Shown piece after piece: positions 12,844 to 23,983 of a DNA stretch of 64,000 nucleotides (the first letter of the stretch is position 1; each line of letters opens with the position of its first letter). Location: the NCBI GenBank assembly GCA_964106645.2, contig OZ067048.1; one strand, given 5' to 3'. Source of the DNA: Podarcis pityusensis. Its lineage: Eukaryota. The notes under the pieces are model-generated. The model had not been told where the DNA came from and ran no database searches. It worked only from the letters and a program-made list of their open reading frames with translations. Both the position numbers and the translations under genes were made by a program.

Positions 12844-13492
12844 CAAGAACTAACTTAGTTGGTCTTAAAGGTGCTACTGGAAGGATTTTTTTATTTTGAC
12901 TATGGCAGACCAACACGGCTACCTATCTGTAAGTAAAATCCGTGTTAAATTGCTGTTTTAGGGGGTGTTTTTCATTGTCTAGAATGGATCAATTCACTTT
13001 TCTATGGAAAAGTGCGCCTCTCCTTATGTATGTTTCTAGTTAGGACCGGACCTCCGGAACGGATTATCGTTGTAAGTAGAGGTTCCACTGTATATTGAAT
13101 AGCATAATATCTGTTGGGGGAAGAGGAGGTGATAGGAGGGAGCATTTTGGTTTTTTTTGTTTTGCCTCTTTCTACTCTTGATCTGGACAGAAGTGCTTTT
13201 ACAAAATAAAAATGGAGAAGTAGCTTCTGGATTTTTTATGGTCAAGCATCTGAAGAATGAAACCCACTTAACAGTAGCATGCACCTTAACCATTAAAAAA
13301 AATTACGGTGCTCAGATCCTCATGAACACTAAGGAAATTATTGCACTACCCAAGCAAAACATGTTGATTTCCAATCCAATGGGAAAGTTGTATTGTTTCC
13401 TTACTGCTTTCACCTTGTTCTGTTATTATTTGCAGTAGTGCTGTTGTAGCTCACCCACACTCTCACACCCTACAGATTGAGAATAATATTTC

Positions 13493-13700
13493 ATGCATTG
13501 ATGAAGTAGATTGGTGTCCGCCAAAACCTTTAGCGTAATAAATCTTTTATACCACAATTCATGTCTTTTCAGAAGTAAGTCCTATTGAATTCATTGCTGG
13601 TTACTCTCGGATAAATTGGGTTAGGATTGCATCCTTAAAGTTGCCACAGGTCTGTTTCATTTTTGCTGCAAGAGATGTAACACAGATCCCCTTCTGGAAT
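13493..13700 (+). mobile_element. Degenerate Penelope-like terminal fragment interrupted by a short MITE-like insert (~13551-13631)
   Basis: Landmarks in the same order as the 12.8-kb copy: (T)TGATGAAGT, decayed GAAA region, AATAAA, TTAAAGTTGCCAC, TAACACAG. Confidence 0.45.
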
Positions 13701-14309
13701 TTATTTGCACCTCATTTAAGTGGCCAACATTGCACTTCCTAGTATATGCAGCAGATGAAACAGATTCTAATCCCAAATATTATGTCCAATAAGGAAAACA
13801 CCATTCTGAAACAGCAAATGCTACTTTGGATAATTTTCATTATGTTCTTGGAAACATTCTCCCTCTCACACTTGCAGGCTCCCCCAGCTTAATATTTCAG
13901 GAATATTATAAAAAGAAAGTCATATCAAGCCTGTATCAAAAACATTTTTATTTGCACACTCCCTTTCTGTACCACCAAGTTCTTATTTACTACCACAAAT
14001 GTGGGAGAAAACAACAACAACAGCAACCCACCCAATGCATCCCAAACGTTAGACAAGAGGAGCAGGACACTAGGACTTGGAAAAAGAAACCATAAATATA
14101 CTTGTGAATATATATGGGATGGGGCATGTCAGCATCAAAATGTTCCCCCAAAAGGGGGATCTTGAAATGATTCCAATCTCTCTCTCACACACAATTTGTG
14201 CTCTCAATGTGGACTCAGACCTTATCCTCTTGTCCCTTAGTAGTTATTTTTAATGTGGTGACCACAGAAATTATAGGCTTGTTGCTTGCTTCCCACATTA
14301 AAAAAATAT

Positions 14310-14490
14310 ATTATTGTATTTATAGCCCACCTTTTCACCCAAGGAACTCAAGGTGGTGTACATGGTTCCCTCCTTATTTAATCCCTATGAAGTAGGCTAG
14401 GCTGAGAGGCAGTGACTGGCCCAAGGTGTGAGGATTTGAACCCTGGTCTCCCAGATCCTGGTCCAACACTCTAACCACTACACCACACTC
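14310..14490 (-). mobile_element. tRNA-derived SINE (MIR/Squam3-like)
   Basis: GTGACTGGCCCAAGG...GGATTTGAACCC...CTAACCACTACACCACACT is the reverse complement of a tRNA head and core. Confidence 0.6.
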
Positions 14491-15332
14491 TGTTGCCGCA
14501 TGCATGCTTGGCATGCTATCACCTGCCCACTTCTCTGTTACCTCTGCCTTCACGGGCTAAATGGCACAGGCTCAGCTTCTCACAGGCAACTGGTTGGCAG
14601 CCCTCATTCTTTCTTTCTCTGCTTCCACTCTCTCTTGGATGGAAAAATGTGTTGCCATAAATGTCAATTATAGCTTTTGTGTTACTTATTGCCTACAAAT
14701 ACTGAAAAATGAGAAAGGGTTTGCTTCTCATGAAGCCCACGGGAAGAACACACATTTTGTCTCTTGGCTTCCACCAGGGACAAAAGCTTGTTGTTTTGTA
14801 AATGAAAGCAAGGAATTCAGCCCAGGTAATGGTCTAAAGAGGCACTGGCTGGCTTGGATAGACTCCTGGTGAAACCTGGTGAACTGGGAAATATGGAGAG
14901 CCTGTGTTGGATGGTGCAGGCAGGGCCTGGATGGGGCTCAAACCCTCCCAACATGAATGTGCACATACAGACACCTCTCCAAATTCTATCCTTTGCCCTC
15001 TTATGGGGTAAGCCCTGCTAAAGACTTCCATAATGACTGTGGAAGGATTGCCCGTTCCCCTTGATTGTCTAGAACAATGTCTTCCTATAACTACAGAGGG
15101 AATGTTTGGTGCTTTCCATTTTCTGTTCAGTTACCCGTCTCTAGCTCATATTCTTTTTTCCCTTCTGCTATGAGTGGTGGGTTTTCTTCAGTTAGTTCTC
15201 TCTGGATAGCAAGTTCTCTTGCAGTCAGAGTTTCCTTAGAATCTCAAGCATGAATTTATGATTAGGGAAATTCTTTCATTTCTCTGGAAAAGGGATGCCT
15301 CGGGTGTTTATCAGAAGAAGCCCCGTCCCCAG

Positions 15333-15374
15333 CCTCCTCCTCCTCCTCCTCCTCCTCCTCCTCCTCCTCCTCCT
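15333..15374. repeat. (CCT)14 microsatellite
   Basis: Direct read. Confidence 0.95.
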
Positions 15375-16702
15375 CTAGCAACAACTTTTATTTCAAGGAT
15401 GCCTCAAACATTGTAAACAATTATTTTCTGCAACTTAAGAATTTGGGATGGACAGATCTGTCAGTTTTGGTTTCTCTCTGTTTCTCATTTTTCTAATTTT
15501 AAATTCATATCTCCATATTTTTGCAGCATTTTGTGATTTTTTTAAAAGACCCTCAAGAAAAATAGAGTGCAATTTAGTGTGAATTTCCCCTAATAAGCAC
15601 ATTGTTGTAGGCAGTTTTGACTAATTTCCTCTAATATTATGCATTTCAATGCAGACTTTTCTCACAGATGCATTTCTGTACACCTGATATGCGTGAAGAA
15701 CCGCATTGCAAAATGCAGAAAAGTACAAATTTTGAAGGGTACCTGGATTTCAGTTCACATATTGGTTTGAGAGGTGCAAATTAGGTAGTTTCTCAGTGGG
15801 CAATGATTGGCAGAGCCAACTTTTTCTAGTTTTCTCCCCATCCTCCTTTCTGCTGAGCTGCACAAGGGAATATCTGAGGCCACATTTGCATCATACATTT
15901 AAAGCACTATTATATGACTGTAATAGCCATGGCTCCCCCAAAAGACCCTGCAAGTTGTAGTTTGTTTTGGGTGACGAGAGTTGTTAGGAGACCCCCTATT
16001 CCCCACCCAGAGCTACCATTCCCCAAGTGGTTCAACGTTAGTCCCTCTTCCCAGGCAAACCTGGGGGTTGTAGCTCTGTGAGGGAAAAGGGGTCTTCTAA
16101 CAACTTTCAGTACCCTTAGCAAACTACAGTTCCCAGAGTTCTTTGACGGAAGATGTAACTGCTTCAAGTGACATGATAGGGCTTCACGGTCCGGTTGTGG
16201 CCTCTGAGTAAGGAAGAAGAAGGTGACAGGCTGTGCCCTTCCCTGGACAGATTGTAAGCAGGCAGAGCTGACTAAAGTCAGGCAGATGTGGTCATACCAA
16301 CATGAAACAAAAATAGATGCAACTTTCAGTGGTGGAAAATAATGACTTGTAAAATATACACAGATTTTCTAGTTAGCATATGGAAGAAGAAACCTGTGCG
16401 ACATGTTTCCCATACTTTAGCAAAGCAAAGAAATATGTATTTCTCAGCAATAATGGGAGAGTCAAATGCAGATATTGGACATGTGTTTTGGGAAATTCTG
16501 TACCTGTGATCCACATAAAATATGCCCGTTTCTAACTACTTTCAAAAATGAGCAGGACAATATCACTTCTGAAATGGCCCTAATCAAAATGGTGCCCTCC
16601 ATGCTGAATTACAACTTCATTTTAGGAGCTGATGGGACAAGCAGCCCAACTTCTTCAGACCTGGGGCCCACTTCAATATCACCAAGCTTCAATATGGGAT
16701 TC

Positions 16703-16705
<3 letters not shown>

Positions 16706-16755
<50 letters not shown>
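16706..16755. repeat. (CT)n microsatellite
   Basis: Direct read; one interruption. Confidence 0.95.
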
Positions 16756-19700
16756 CAACCCTCCCTCCTTCCCTTCTATAATCTTTCACTTCTAAAACCA
16801 TTTTTTAGCCTTCTAAAAACCAAAGTCCATTCATTTGATATCAGTAACTCAATATCAGCATATAATACATCTTAGAAAATATGCAAGTAAGTAAATATCA
16901 AACCGTCTTATGTAAAGCTCTAAGGGTCAAAAATCAAATAATGTAGTCTGCCAATTTTAAAATACCTTTGGCTCCAAGCCATTGCTAAAAGCTAAATGTA
17001 CCCATGTCCCAGTGATCTCTTGTGCCAATCCTAGGAGATTCCTCAGAGTTGACAGAACAGCTGGGGAGTTCTGTTGGGCAGTTTTTTGTCTTTCTTTTTA
17101 AACACCTCTAAAAACAAGTCGAGTGTGCTTGCATATACACTCCTTTGGATTATTGTCAACTGTAATGATGATGATATTTGTATACCGCCCTTCATCCAAA
17201 GATCACAGGGTAGTTCACAACATAATAAAATACTGCTGAATATGTTGAGCTAAACATTTTGACATTTTTAATCTGTGTGTGTGTGTTTTATTATAGTAGC
17301 AGTGATGCATCACACTGGAGCAGGACTAATTATCCTGGCTGCTTCGCAGAAACATTTTTATGAGAAAATTGCCCCCTCTCCTTCCCAATCTTTTGCCCTC
17401 AAAACGATGTGGCATAAACAAAACATGAAGTGGTGGTGGGGGGCTCCAGCTCACTGCAGGCAGATGGTGTCTTCCACTCCCACTTGGAACACTCACTGAC
17501 GCTCCAAACAAAAAGGAGGATATTTGAAAGGCTTTGGCACGAGTGTAAATTGATTAAACCTCAATTAGGAACACTGCCAAGGGCCATCATTTGTCAATTT
17601 TATAGTGACCTTATTAGATGGCCCAGAACATATGATGAACTGGATTAATTTATAGCAGGGATGCACAGCGTAAATCACTCTACTGTTTACTAGGAACCTT
17701 TTTCTCACCCAAGAATAGCATGGCTATGTTAACTACAAAAGTTTTTTTCTTTTTCTTTTTTCAATTTTATCACTGTGCTCTTTTTAACCCATTCTATACT
17801 GGTACCCTTTTCTTTTTCTCTCTTCACTCCAAAACACACCTTTTAAAAAAAAAATAATTCTGTTCATCTTCCTTCCTTCCATTCCCCCCTCTACTTAATC
17901 CTGTGCTCTGTTGTATCACAGCCCAGCCCAGTCCACTCGCTTCTCGCTTTCTCTCTGCACCACCATACATGTTTGTAACCCTCTCTGAGCTTCTCCCTTT
18001 TTCGCTTTCCCTTTACCTCCAGGTCTCTCTACAGCCTCATTTTCCCTTTTGCTCCTCATCACATTCTCCTTTCCTTCTACCACCCCAGAGAGCTGCAGCT
18101 CCACTTCTATTATTCCTCTTTTTTCTTTCCTTCTCCCATGGATTTCTTTGCAGCCTCATTACTCTCAGCTATTCCTGAGATATCACACATGTCTCTATTT
18201 TTCTCTCTGCACCTCACTGCCAGTGGAGGCTTGTCTGCTAGAGCAGATGGGGCACTGCCCTACCAATTGCTGCCTGCTCTCAGCCAGCCCCAATCTGCCT
18301 TCTTACTTACTTACACCCAGCCTAGCGGGTGGAGCTGCCTGACAGCTTCTTGCTCCTCTGTAGAACTTGTCACGGGGCAAATATAGAATTAGTTGGCTCT
18401 GCCTGTTGTTAGCTCTGTTCCACCTCTTGTTGACATCTCTGCCTTCCTCCTTACCAGTCCAGTGAGCACCAGCCACCTTCGCTCTTTCTCCATCCCACAA
18501 TTTTTCAGCATGCCGACTTGGGTGGCAATAGCATAAACAGCCTTCAACATCCGAACATAAATGACTTTCACCCTCCCAGCATAAACAACCTTCAATACAC
18601 ACCAGAGAAATAATGTTGGACATGACTAGGCTGCGCAGCACAACTGGCCACAGCATGGTGATCTCCACTGTACACCCCCAAATTCAGAGTAGGAGCAACA
18701 CAGAGGATGGGATGGAGTCTTTCCCCTATTTCCCCAGGTTTTAAACCCTTTTAACACAACCAACCAGAAGCCGTGAAGCCACAATGCTAACTATTAAAAT
18801 GCAAAACCCGCCTAATCAACACTTCCCCAAACAATATATGAACTGAAACTCATCTAACCTTCAAAATTTGGAGTTTTCTGAATTTTGCGAAGCGGTTCCC
18901 TAACCCGAAACTGTTTATAAAAATGAATATATTGGGGAAACTGTGCATAACAACGCTTGTATTGATGAAAATAACATACAAAATGGCATTAGGGAAATTC
19001 ATTGCAAACATTTGACTATTACACAAAGCTGCATACAAAAATGTGTACATTAAAGAGAAACCTGCAATAAAATGCTGATGAATTTTCATGAGGACTTTTT
19101 AAAGAAATCACAAATCAACATGGAAATGTGGTGAAGTGAATGGAATACTGTGAAAAAAGCATAAACAGAGAAAGGGCTAGATTTAGGGTTTGATTTGTGC
19201 ATCCTGCCGATGGGGCAGTACAAGAGAGAGAAGAGTATTGCATACGCACTTTTTAAAGTGAGTGCCTTTTGTAGGACTTTTCAGACAAACCCCCCAAACA
19301 CTAACCATTTAAACTTAGGGGAGTTTAGAAGAGGGGGAAATATGTGCCGTTTTCAGGAGTGAACATTTAATAATGTTTAACAGTAATTTCTGAGATGGTA
19401 GAAATTAGTAGATGGTAGATACTGTGGGAGAACTTCATTTAACATTGCTTTATTTGACTTTAAATTTTGTTTTAGAAATGCAGAGGGAATCAAGTAATTT
19501 TTTGTATTGTAATTTACAAGGCTTCATTCCAAGGATTGTTGAGAGCACTTAAGACTGTAATCATATACATGCTTTACTTGGGAATAATTCCTTTGGTACT
19601 AAGTGAGAACCACTTCTGAATAAATGGTCTAAGAACAGTTTAGCATAGGCAGTAATATAGTTTACGGGGGGGGGGGGGATGGCACCCTTTGAATTTGTCC

Positions 19701-21603
19701 AGGCATGGTGTCAAAATAATTATTGAATGTGATTAGAACTTTTAAATAGATACCCTGTTATTTGATTGCATCTCAATTGCATCTGCCTAGGCTCTTGCTA
19801 TAGTAGTAGTTAAATTACTCACTAGATGGCAATATTGATCCATATAAATATAGTTGAGATGCATACACAGGATCTTTAAAGGAAGAGTAGAGTAATTAAA
19901 AATGATTTTCTATGTGGGATCTTAAAAAGTATTTGTGGGGAAGAAAGATAAAAGGAACAGTAGCACAAGGAGTCCCTAGATGAATCAGTTTGTGTGCAAT
20001 GAAGAAATGTGGGTTGAAAGAAATTGCATAAAAGGGGGTGTATTCTGTAGCTAATTGATCAATGTCTAGTAAACACATTCAAACACAGGACGAGCTACTG
20101 CCTTGGGTAAATTCAGCAGAGTCCGAAGCATGACATTTGCATAGCACCCAACAAGCACCTCTAAACTGCAAGCATAAACTGGCTTAAACCCCCACAGGGC
20201 ATTCAGCCCTGGGAACAGGCTAGGGATATAGCCTTTCAGCAAAAATTCTCAAGCTTCCTTGTAGGAAAAAAGTTTCCATACCATTTCAAATCAGCATAAG
20301 AAATTGGGGTGTTTCAATGAAAACAAAGACAAGGTATGTTTCAGTATAGAAGTATATGCCACCCTGAGCCCTGTTTAATACATCTGGGGAACTTTTCCAC
20401 CTAGATGAATGTGTGGTGTCTTTGGAAAACAAATTGTGTTGTGTAAAACTCACACTAGGATTTCCAACTCCTGTTCTAAAAGAGTCCCTGTGAGGTTTTA
20501 AGGACAACAGAGCAAGGAGTAACTTGGCATCTATGGGGTGCAGCTTTTTAGCAGCACACCTGCTAACCTTTCCTTTGTCAAGCCAAGGCACAGGATTCCC
20601 CATTTGCTCAGGACCTGGCAATACTAGAACAAGCTTGGATTGGCAGACTTGCTTTAAAGGCAGCACAAGTAATCTGCATAGAGTGCTGAGCATTCAAGGC
20701 TTTTATGCAGCTTTAAAGCAAAAGGAAGCATTGTTCAGTTTTGCAAGGAGCTAAGCGCTATGATCCCAATCTGGAAAATGTGGTTAGAACCTTTTCAACC
20801 CTCAATCATGCTTTCTCATGGGATGGCCTGGGACCTAACAGGGTAGCTATTGTACTCTCCACCCCCTCCCAATCACTGACTCATACTCTGTTTATCACTA
20901 ATGCAACTAGCTCAAACGGATTTTAATATCACATTTCCATTTTTTAAATGTTGCAATTATTACATGTTTTGGTTGGATTAGGACCAAGCCTGCCATTTCC
21001 AGGGGGGCTCCCTCCAATTGATACCATATTTTTATTTGTACATTTTTTATTTATCTTCATACCAGGCAATGTCTTGCTTAAATTTCTGCATACCAGGCTG
21101 CTGTTAAAGGCACAAAAGCAAAGACAGAAAAATGGTGGCAACCTCTCCTGTTCATGGTCAATTTCTAGGAAGGGAGGTACAGAGGAGGTTGTTTAGAAGA
21201 CATGCCTGATGACCTGGAAGTCTTACCAGATGCAAAGGAGAACAGGGATACATCTGAGTGAATAATTAATCTTTAGCTTCTGTACCTCCTTCTAGGGGTG
21301 TTGGATAATATGGATGAAAGTGGAAAAGGAAGCAGACATTGCTTCAGTTTGAATGTTTGTCTGTGGTCAGGAATGCAAATTAGTCAAGTGAATGAAATAG
21401 GCAATTATTTTTTACATTGTTTCAGTTTCCTGTTGAAATGAATGTGAGTTACATAAGTTACATAAATAGTTGTTACATTAAATAATGGACAGGGAGATTA
21501 ATAACTTAATATTTGGCAGAAAGTGAACTGCAGCATGACAGAAACAGCACTGATTGCAACAAACACAGGTCAACATGGAAATCGCTGTCCTCTTAGTACC
21601 TTA

Positions 21604-21922
21604 AAGGTAAAGGGACCCCTGACCATTAGGTCCAGTCGTGGCCAACTCTCAGGTTGCGGCGCTCATCTCGCTTTACTGGCCGAGGGAGCTGGCGTACAGC
21701 TTCCGGGTTATGTGGCCAGCTTCTGGCAAACCAGAGCAGTGCATGGAAATGCTGTTTACCTATTTATCTACTTGCACTTTGATGTGCTTTTGAACTGCTA
21801 GGTTGGCAGGAGCAGGGACCGAGCAACGGGAGCTCACCCCATTATGGGGATTCGAACCGCCGACCTTCTGATTGGTAAGTCCTAGGCTCTGTGGTTTAAC
21901 CCACAGCACCACCCACATCCCT
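21604..21922 (-). mobile_element. Sauria SINE with internal deletions
   Basis: Reverse-complement homolog of 6483-6828 with a 13-bp TSD TCTTAGTACCTTA (21591-21603, 21923-21935). Confidence 0.9.
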
Positions 21923-23297
21923 TCTTAGTACCTTACTGACCCTTATCTCTGTAGGAAAGAGCTCAGAAACTGCACTGCACTGCCAACTTCTAGGGAACAG
22001 GAAAGACATGAGATCCACAGAAGGACTGGCTAAACCAAACCTGAATTTATTTCCAGTGCTTTCTACCCCTTTTATCTCCCTCTAAAGGGAAGAAGCTGGT
22101 TCATGGGCTTCATCACCAATGCCACAGCCCATAAAACATGGTCTACCTCTTCCCTCAACGTATTATATTTTAAAGTTCAAACTAATTAAATCCCCCTTTC
22201 CATGGTTGCGCACTGCATGGTTTTGTCTGTGGCAATCCATACTGGTTGAACAGCCTTTCTTCCCTGGTGGACTTGCCTGACAGCACCTTTATACAACTTC
22301 TATGGCCAGGTCAAGGCTTCTCATTCCTTCAGTTTCTTAGCACTTTTGGGAGTGGAATATTTAGGTTCTTTTTGCTTTTTAATATATGTACATTTTTAAT
22401 ATATATATTTAATTATATGTACACTGCTTTCAGCCTTTTAAGGAAAGGTGCTGAAAAACTAAATATTTCAGCTGTTGCCTTGGTGTCTTGGACATTTCAA
22501 TGAACAGCAAGTTCAAGCAGCTCTTCTGTGGCCGCTGGTTTGTATGCATTACCCTTAAATTAAAGGGACTTTAAGGGAGGATAAGTTTAAAAAATACAAG
22601 AGAAACTCTGCCATAGATATCAGTACAATATGTATCACCTGAAAGCAAGGTAAACAACTGGTTGGTTTCTGTAATTAAAACACTTCTTATGGGTATGAAC
22701 CAAACATTGCTCACCAGGAAAACATCACTTTTCTTGCTATGCAAGACACCTAACAACAAGGTTATCAATCATCACCATCAAAGTTGGATAAATGATACCC
22801 CAACACATGAAACCACATCTTCCAAAGAGTTTACAAAGACAGTATGAACCCATCTATTCGAGATCTGGAATGCAGTTTTACTGGTATAAATCCAGAGTGT
22901 TCAGTGCAAGATCAAACAATGATGTTGTGCATTGTAATTAATTTAAGAGTGAGTTCTATTAATGATCCACCTTCAGAGCTCTTTGTTGACAAGAATGTGT
23001 ATAGTTGTCAAAAAGATCATTAAAGCCCTCCTGATAATGAGCTCGTTTGATACAAGCTCCCTATTTAGTAATTATCACTTGATTGATTCATCAGTGGCTC
23101 TGGTGTTTCAGCTTCATAAACAGATCATGAATTGCTCCATTTACGCAATGTAAACATTTTAGAATTCTGTTAACTGAATCCACAACAAACCCAGTCATAC
23201 ATATGCCTCAGGACCAATCCATTCCAAAGGAAACTGCACGGTTAGAAATACAAGCACACAGAGTCATTATGAGAAGTTAAAGATAGACTTTTCTTAC

Positions 23298-23699
23298 CTA
23301 TTTCTGCCACGGTTATCCCAGGAGCTAATTGCCCATTGTTGCAAGAGCTATAGGTAAACAAGTTTGGTACTGAAGTGAGGTCATAGATAGGTTCCTGCTT
23401 GATCTGTTTGATTCCAGTCATGTCTAAGCCAGACTGATCTGGGGAGGGCTGGGCAGAATCCACATTGTAATAGCCTTCGGACTTTGGCAGGTCAATGACG
23501 TGCCCGTTTGAATAAGTGCCACCAGTTTCATTGTTTAGGTTGCTCAAGCCATTGGTGATGCTGTTGCTGTAGACTCGGGCCAAGGCTTCAGCCTCGCCAC
23601 TTTGCTGCTGCCGTTGCTCCTGCAGTCGCTGTTGATGCTTCTGTACCTCGGCGTACAAGCTGTCCCTCTGCTTTTTGGACATTCTTCCAAACTTTACAG
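23298..23699 (-). CDS. RORB: RORB exon (402 nt), C-terminal extension and hinge: [24 protein letters not shown]...GITVAEI
   Basis: TTTCAG acceptor (23700-23701) and GTAAGA donor, phase 1-1. Overlaps ORF 23242..23682. Confidence 0.97.
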
Positions 23700-23736
23700 C
23701 TGAAACAAATCAACCAAAAAAAAACCAGGCATTATT

Positions 23737-23983
23737 GGTGGTGGTGCTGACCTTTAAAGCCCTAAATGGCCTCGGCCCAGTATACCTGAAGGAGCGTCTC
23801 CACCCCCATCGTTCTGCCCAGACACTGAAGTCCAGCTCCGAGGGCCTTCTGGCGGTTCCCTCGCTGTGAGAAGTGAGATTACAGAGAAGCTGGGCAGAGG
23901 GCCTTCTCGGTAGTCACGCCAGCCCTGTGGAATGGCCCCCGCAGATGTCAAAGAGATGAACAACTATATGACTTTCAGAAGAC
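23737..23983 (+). mobile_element. L2-clade LINE 3' ORF2 fragment
   Basis: Translates as LTFKALNGLGPVYLKERL...RAFSVVTPALWN, typical of the C-terminus of squamate L2-type ORF2. Homologous to 30476-30645. Confidence 0.75.

Larger units (their letters stand above)
12706..12931. mobile_element. Penelope-like element terminal (pLTR) fragment in inverted arrangement, inserted inside a MITE
   Basis: Perfect 93-bp inverted repeat (12699-12791 / 12797-12889) plus a unique tail ending ...cagaccaacacggctacctatctgta. Flanked by a 10-bp duplication AGTAAAATCC (12696-12705, 12932-12941). Hammerhead core present. Family assignment rests on known PLE architecture. Confidence 0.75.
12254..13090. mobile_element. 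Tc1/mariner-superfamily (Tigger/pogo-like) non-autonomous DNA transposon, interrupted by the Penelope-like insert
   Basis: TIRs CAGTGGAACCTC ... GAGGTTCCACTG with TA on both sides. No transposase ORF. Confidence 0.8.

Noticed and set aside
12660-12916. Mirror-image ORFs on both strands sharing KILPVAPLRPTKLVLGMSFRVQAHFFRYTET
   Set aside because: A direct consequence of the perfect palindrome, not evidence of coding.
23242-23682. 146-aa ORF as a stand-alone gene
   Set aside because: It is the RORB hinge exon read from an internal Met and running past the donor into the intron.
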